In this document: one piece after another, positions 62,928 through 64,000 of the stretch
Layout of the letters: each line of letters opens with the position of its first letter
Numbering within the stretch: the stretch's first letter is position 1
Assembly (NCBI GenBank): GCA_965215885.1
Contig: CBDCEW010000104.1
Location: 192,001-256,000 of the forward strand
DNA length: 64,000 nucleotides
Reading direction: 5' to 3'
DNA from: Candidatus Moanibacter sp.
GTDB taxonomy: Bacteria; Verrucomicrobiota; Verrucomicrobiia; Opitutales; UBA2987
Notes under the pieces: generated by a model
Told to the model about the DNA's origin: nothing
Seen by the model: only the letters and a program-made list of their open reading frames with translations
Database searches by the model: none
Made by a program: the position numbers and the translations under genes

Positions 62928-63158
62928 TTTCCTGGATTCGTAGTTTGTTTTGGTCTCTCTTTGCCGTGCCTCGGCAGCCTGTCCGTCTTCAATTTCTGAT
63001 TAGCGTGCTGGAAGAGAAGGTCATCAACCGATTTCGGACATGGGGTCAAGCCGCGAAAATTGTGACAGAAGCGGGCCAAAGATCGATCATTCCTTTTATC
63101 GTATATCGACGATAAACAAACATGTGCATCCAAGGAGATGGAGAGATCCACACCAAAG

Positions 63159-64000
63159 CACGGTATTTTGATTCTCGGAGCATTAGGTGATGATATTGAT
63201 GGCCTTATGTAAGTTAAAGACGAAATCATCACAGAGTGCGGGAGTGGATTCAGCGCCCATGGAAGACTTGAGGCTGAGAACCAGTTGCCTGCATGCAGCA
63301 AGAATTCTGGCTGCGTTATGATTACGGATCATACATCGATCTTCATCGAAGAAGCGATCCCTGGGGTAATGATTTTTATTTTCGATCGACCAATGGTTGC
63401 GAATTTTCGAGAGGAACTGTTGAGGGCTCAAATCGGCGGGATCGAGACTGCTTACGTAGTAAGAGCGTTCAGAGGAAGGTTCAGCTTTGTTTGGATAATG
63501 GAAGGTGCGTTGCACACAGGCGAACTGGCGGGCATGGGGCAGGCCGGCAGAGGGAGCGCTTAGAGAATGGGTTGCTATTTGACGTATTTCGAGTCGCCCA
63601 TGGTCATTGTCCACGGTTTGGTGGAGAAAAAGGGGGTGGAGCTGAAGAGATTCTGAGCGTATTGATGCATGTTGGGCTGATTGTCTTTAATTTGAATAAC
63701 ATAGTCAGCACTGAGTTCTTCGACGACGATGTGGGCAGTTTCTTTTTGATTATGCATGGCGTCGAAGGTGAAGGTGGAGCCGTCCAAAATGGGCATCTTT
63801 CGCAAGAGAGTCTGGGCGGCGGTGATCGCGTTGGATTTATCGGCGGTAGCGACTTGGGCTAAGGTTTGAGCGCTTTGGTGATCGACTGCGGCCACCAGGT
63901 GCAGAGCCTTTGATTCTTCGGTGTTTGTGCCTTTGAGGGTCTTGCCGTCGACGGCAATATCGCGGGGCAAACAGCCGTCTTGTAAGCAGATGAATTCGGT
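63159..64000 (-). mobile_element. Second copy of the ISAs1/DUF4338 element (right part; truncated by the window end)
   Basis: Near-identical reverse complement of ~52425..53266, including the IR CACGGTATTTTGATTC and the same frameshift. Confidence 0.93.

Noticed and set aside
1..64000. tRNA, rRNA or prophage genes
   Set aside because: No cloverleaf or T-loop signatures, rRNA-like tracts or phage structural genes were recognised by eye.

Overview
This is a bacterial chromosomal window, most likely Verrucomicrobiota (Opitutales-like), judged by gene content and protein style only. Housekeeping and metabolic genes include deoB, a purine nucleoside phosphorylase, nadA, a Fur-family regulator, priA, an aquaporin, cstA, PhoU with a Na/Pi cotransporter, glnD, valS, sthA, transporters and oxidoreductases. 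They are mixed with many mobile and repeated elements: two ISL3 copies, two copies of a DUF4338(DruA-like)-ISAs1 fusion element with a shared -1 frameshift, a 92-bp IS200/IS605-like miniature element, several CTAG/TTAA-ended MITE families at stop codons, GTAG REP doublets, and mosaic intergenic arrays of 6-, 9/10- and 12-bp periodic repeats. Four observations stand out. (i) Two unrelated exported proteins, a PQQ/GSDH dehydrogenase and a 7xCHRD protein, share a ~270-aa C-terminal domain that may be a sorting or anchoring module. (ii) A 139-bp structured non-coding element occurs twice with a compensatory change. (iii) Several large exported-protein genes are disrupted. (iv) ValRS has altered signature motifs (TMGH, KFQKS). 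Several homopolymer frameshifts and the indel-riddled second ISL3 copy look like long-read consensus errors. No rRNA, tRNA or CRISPR array was found.
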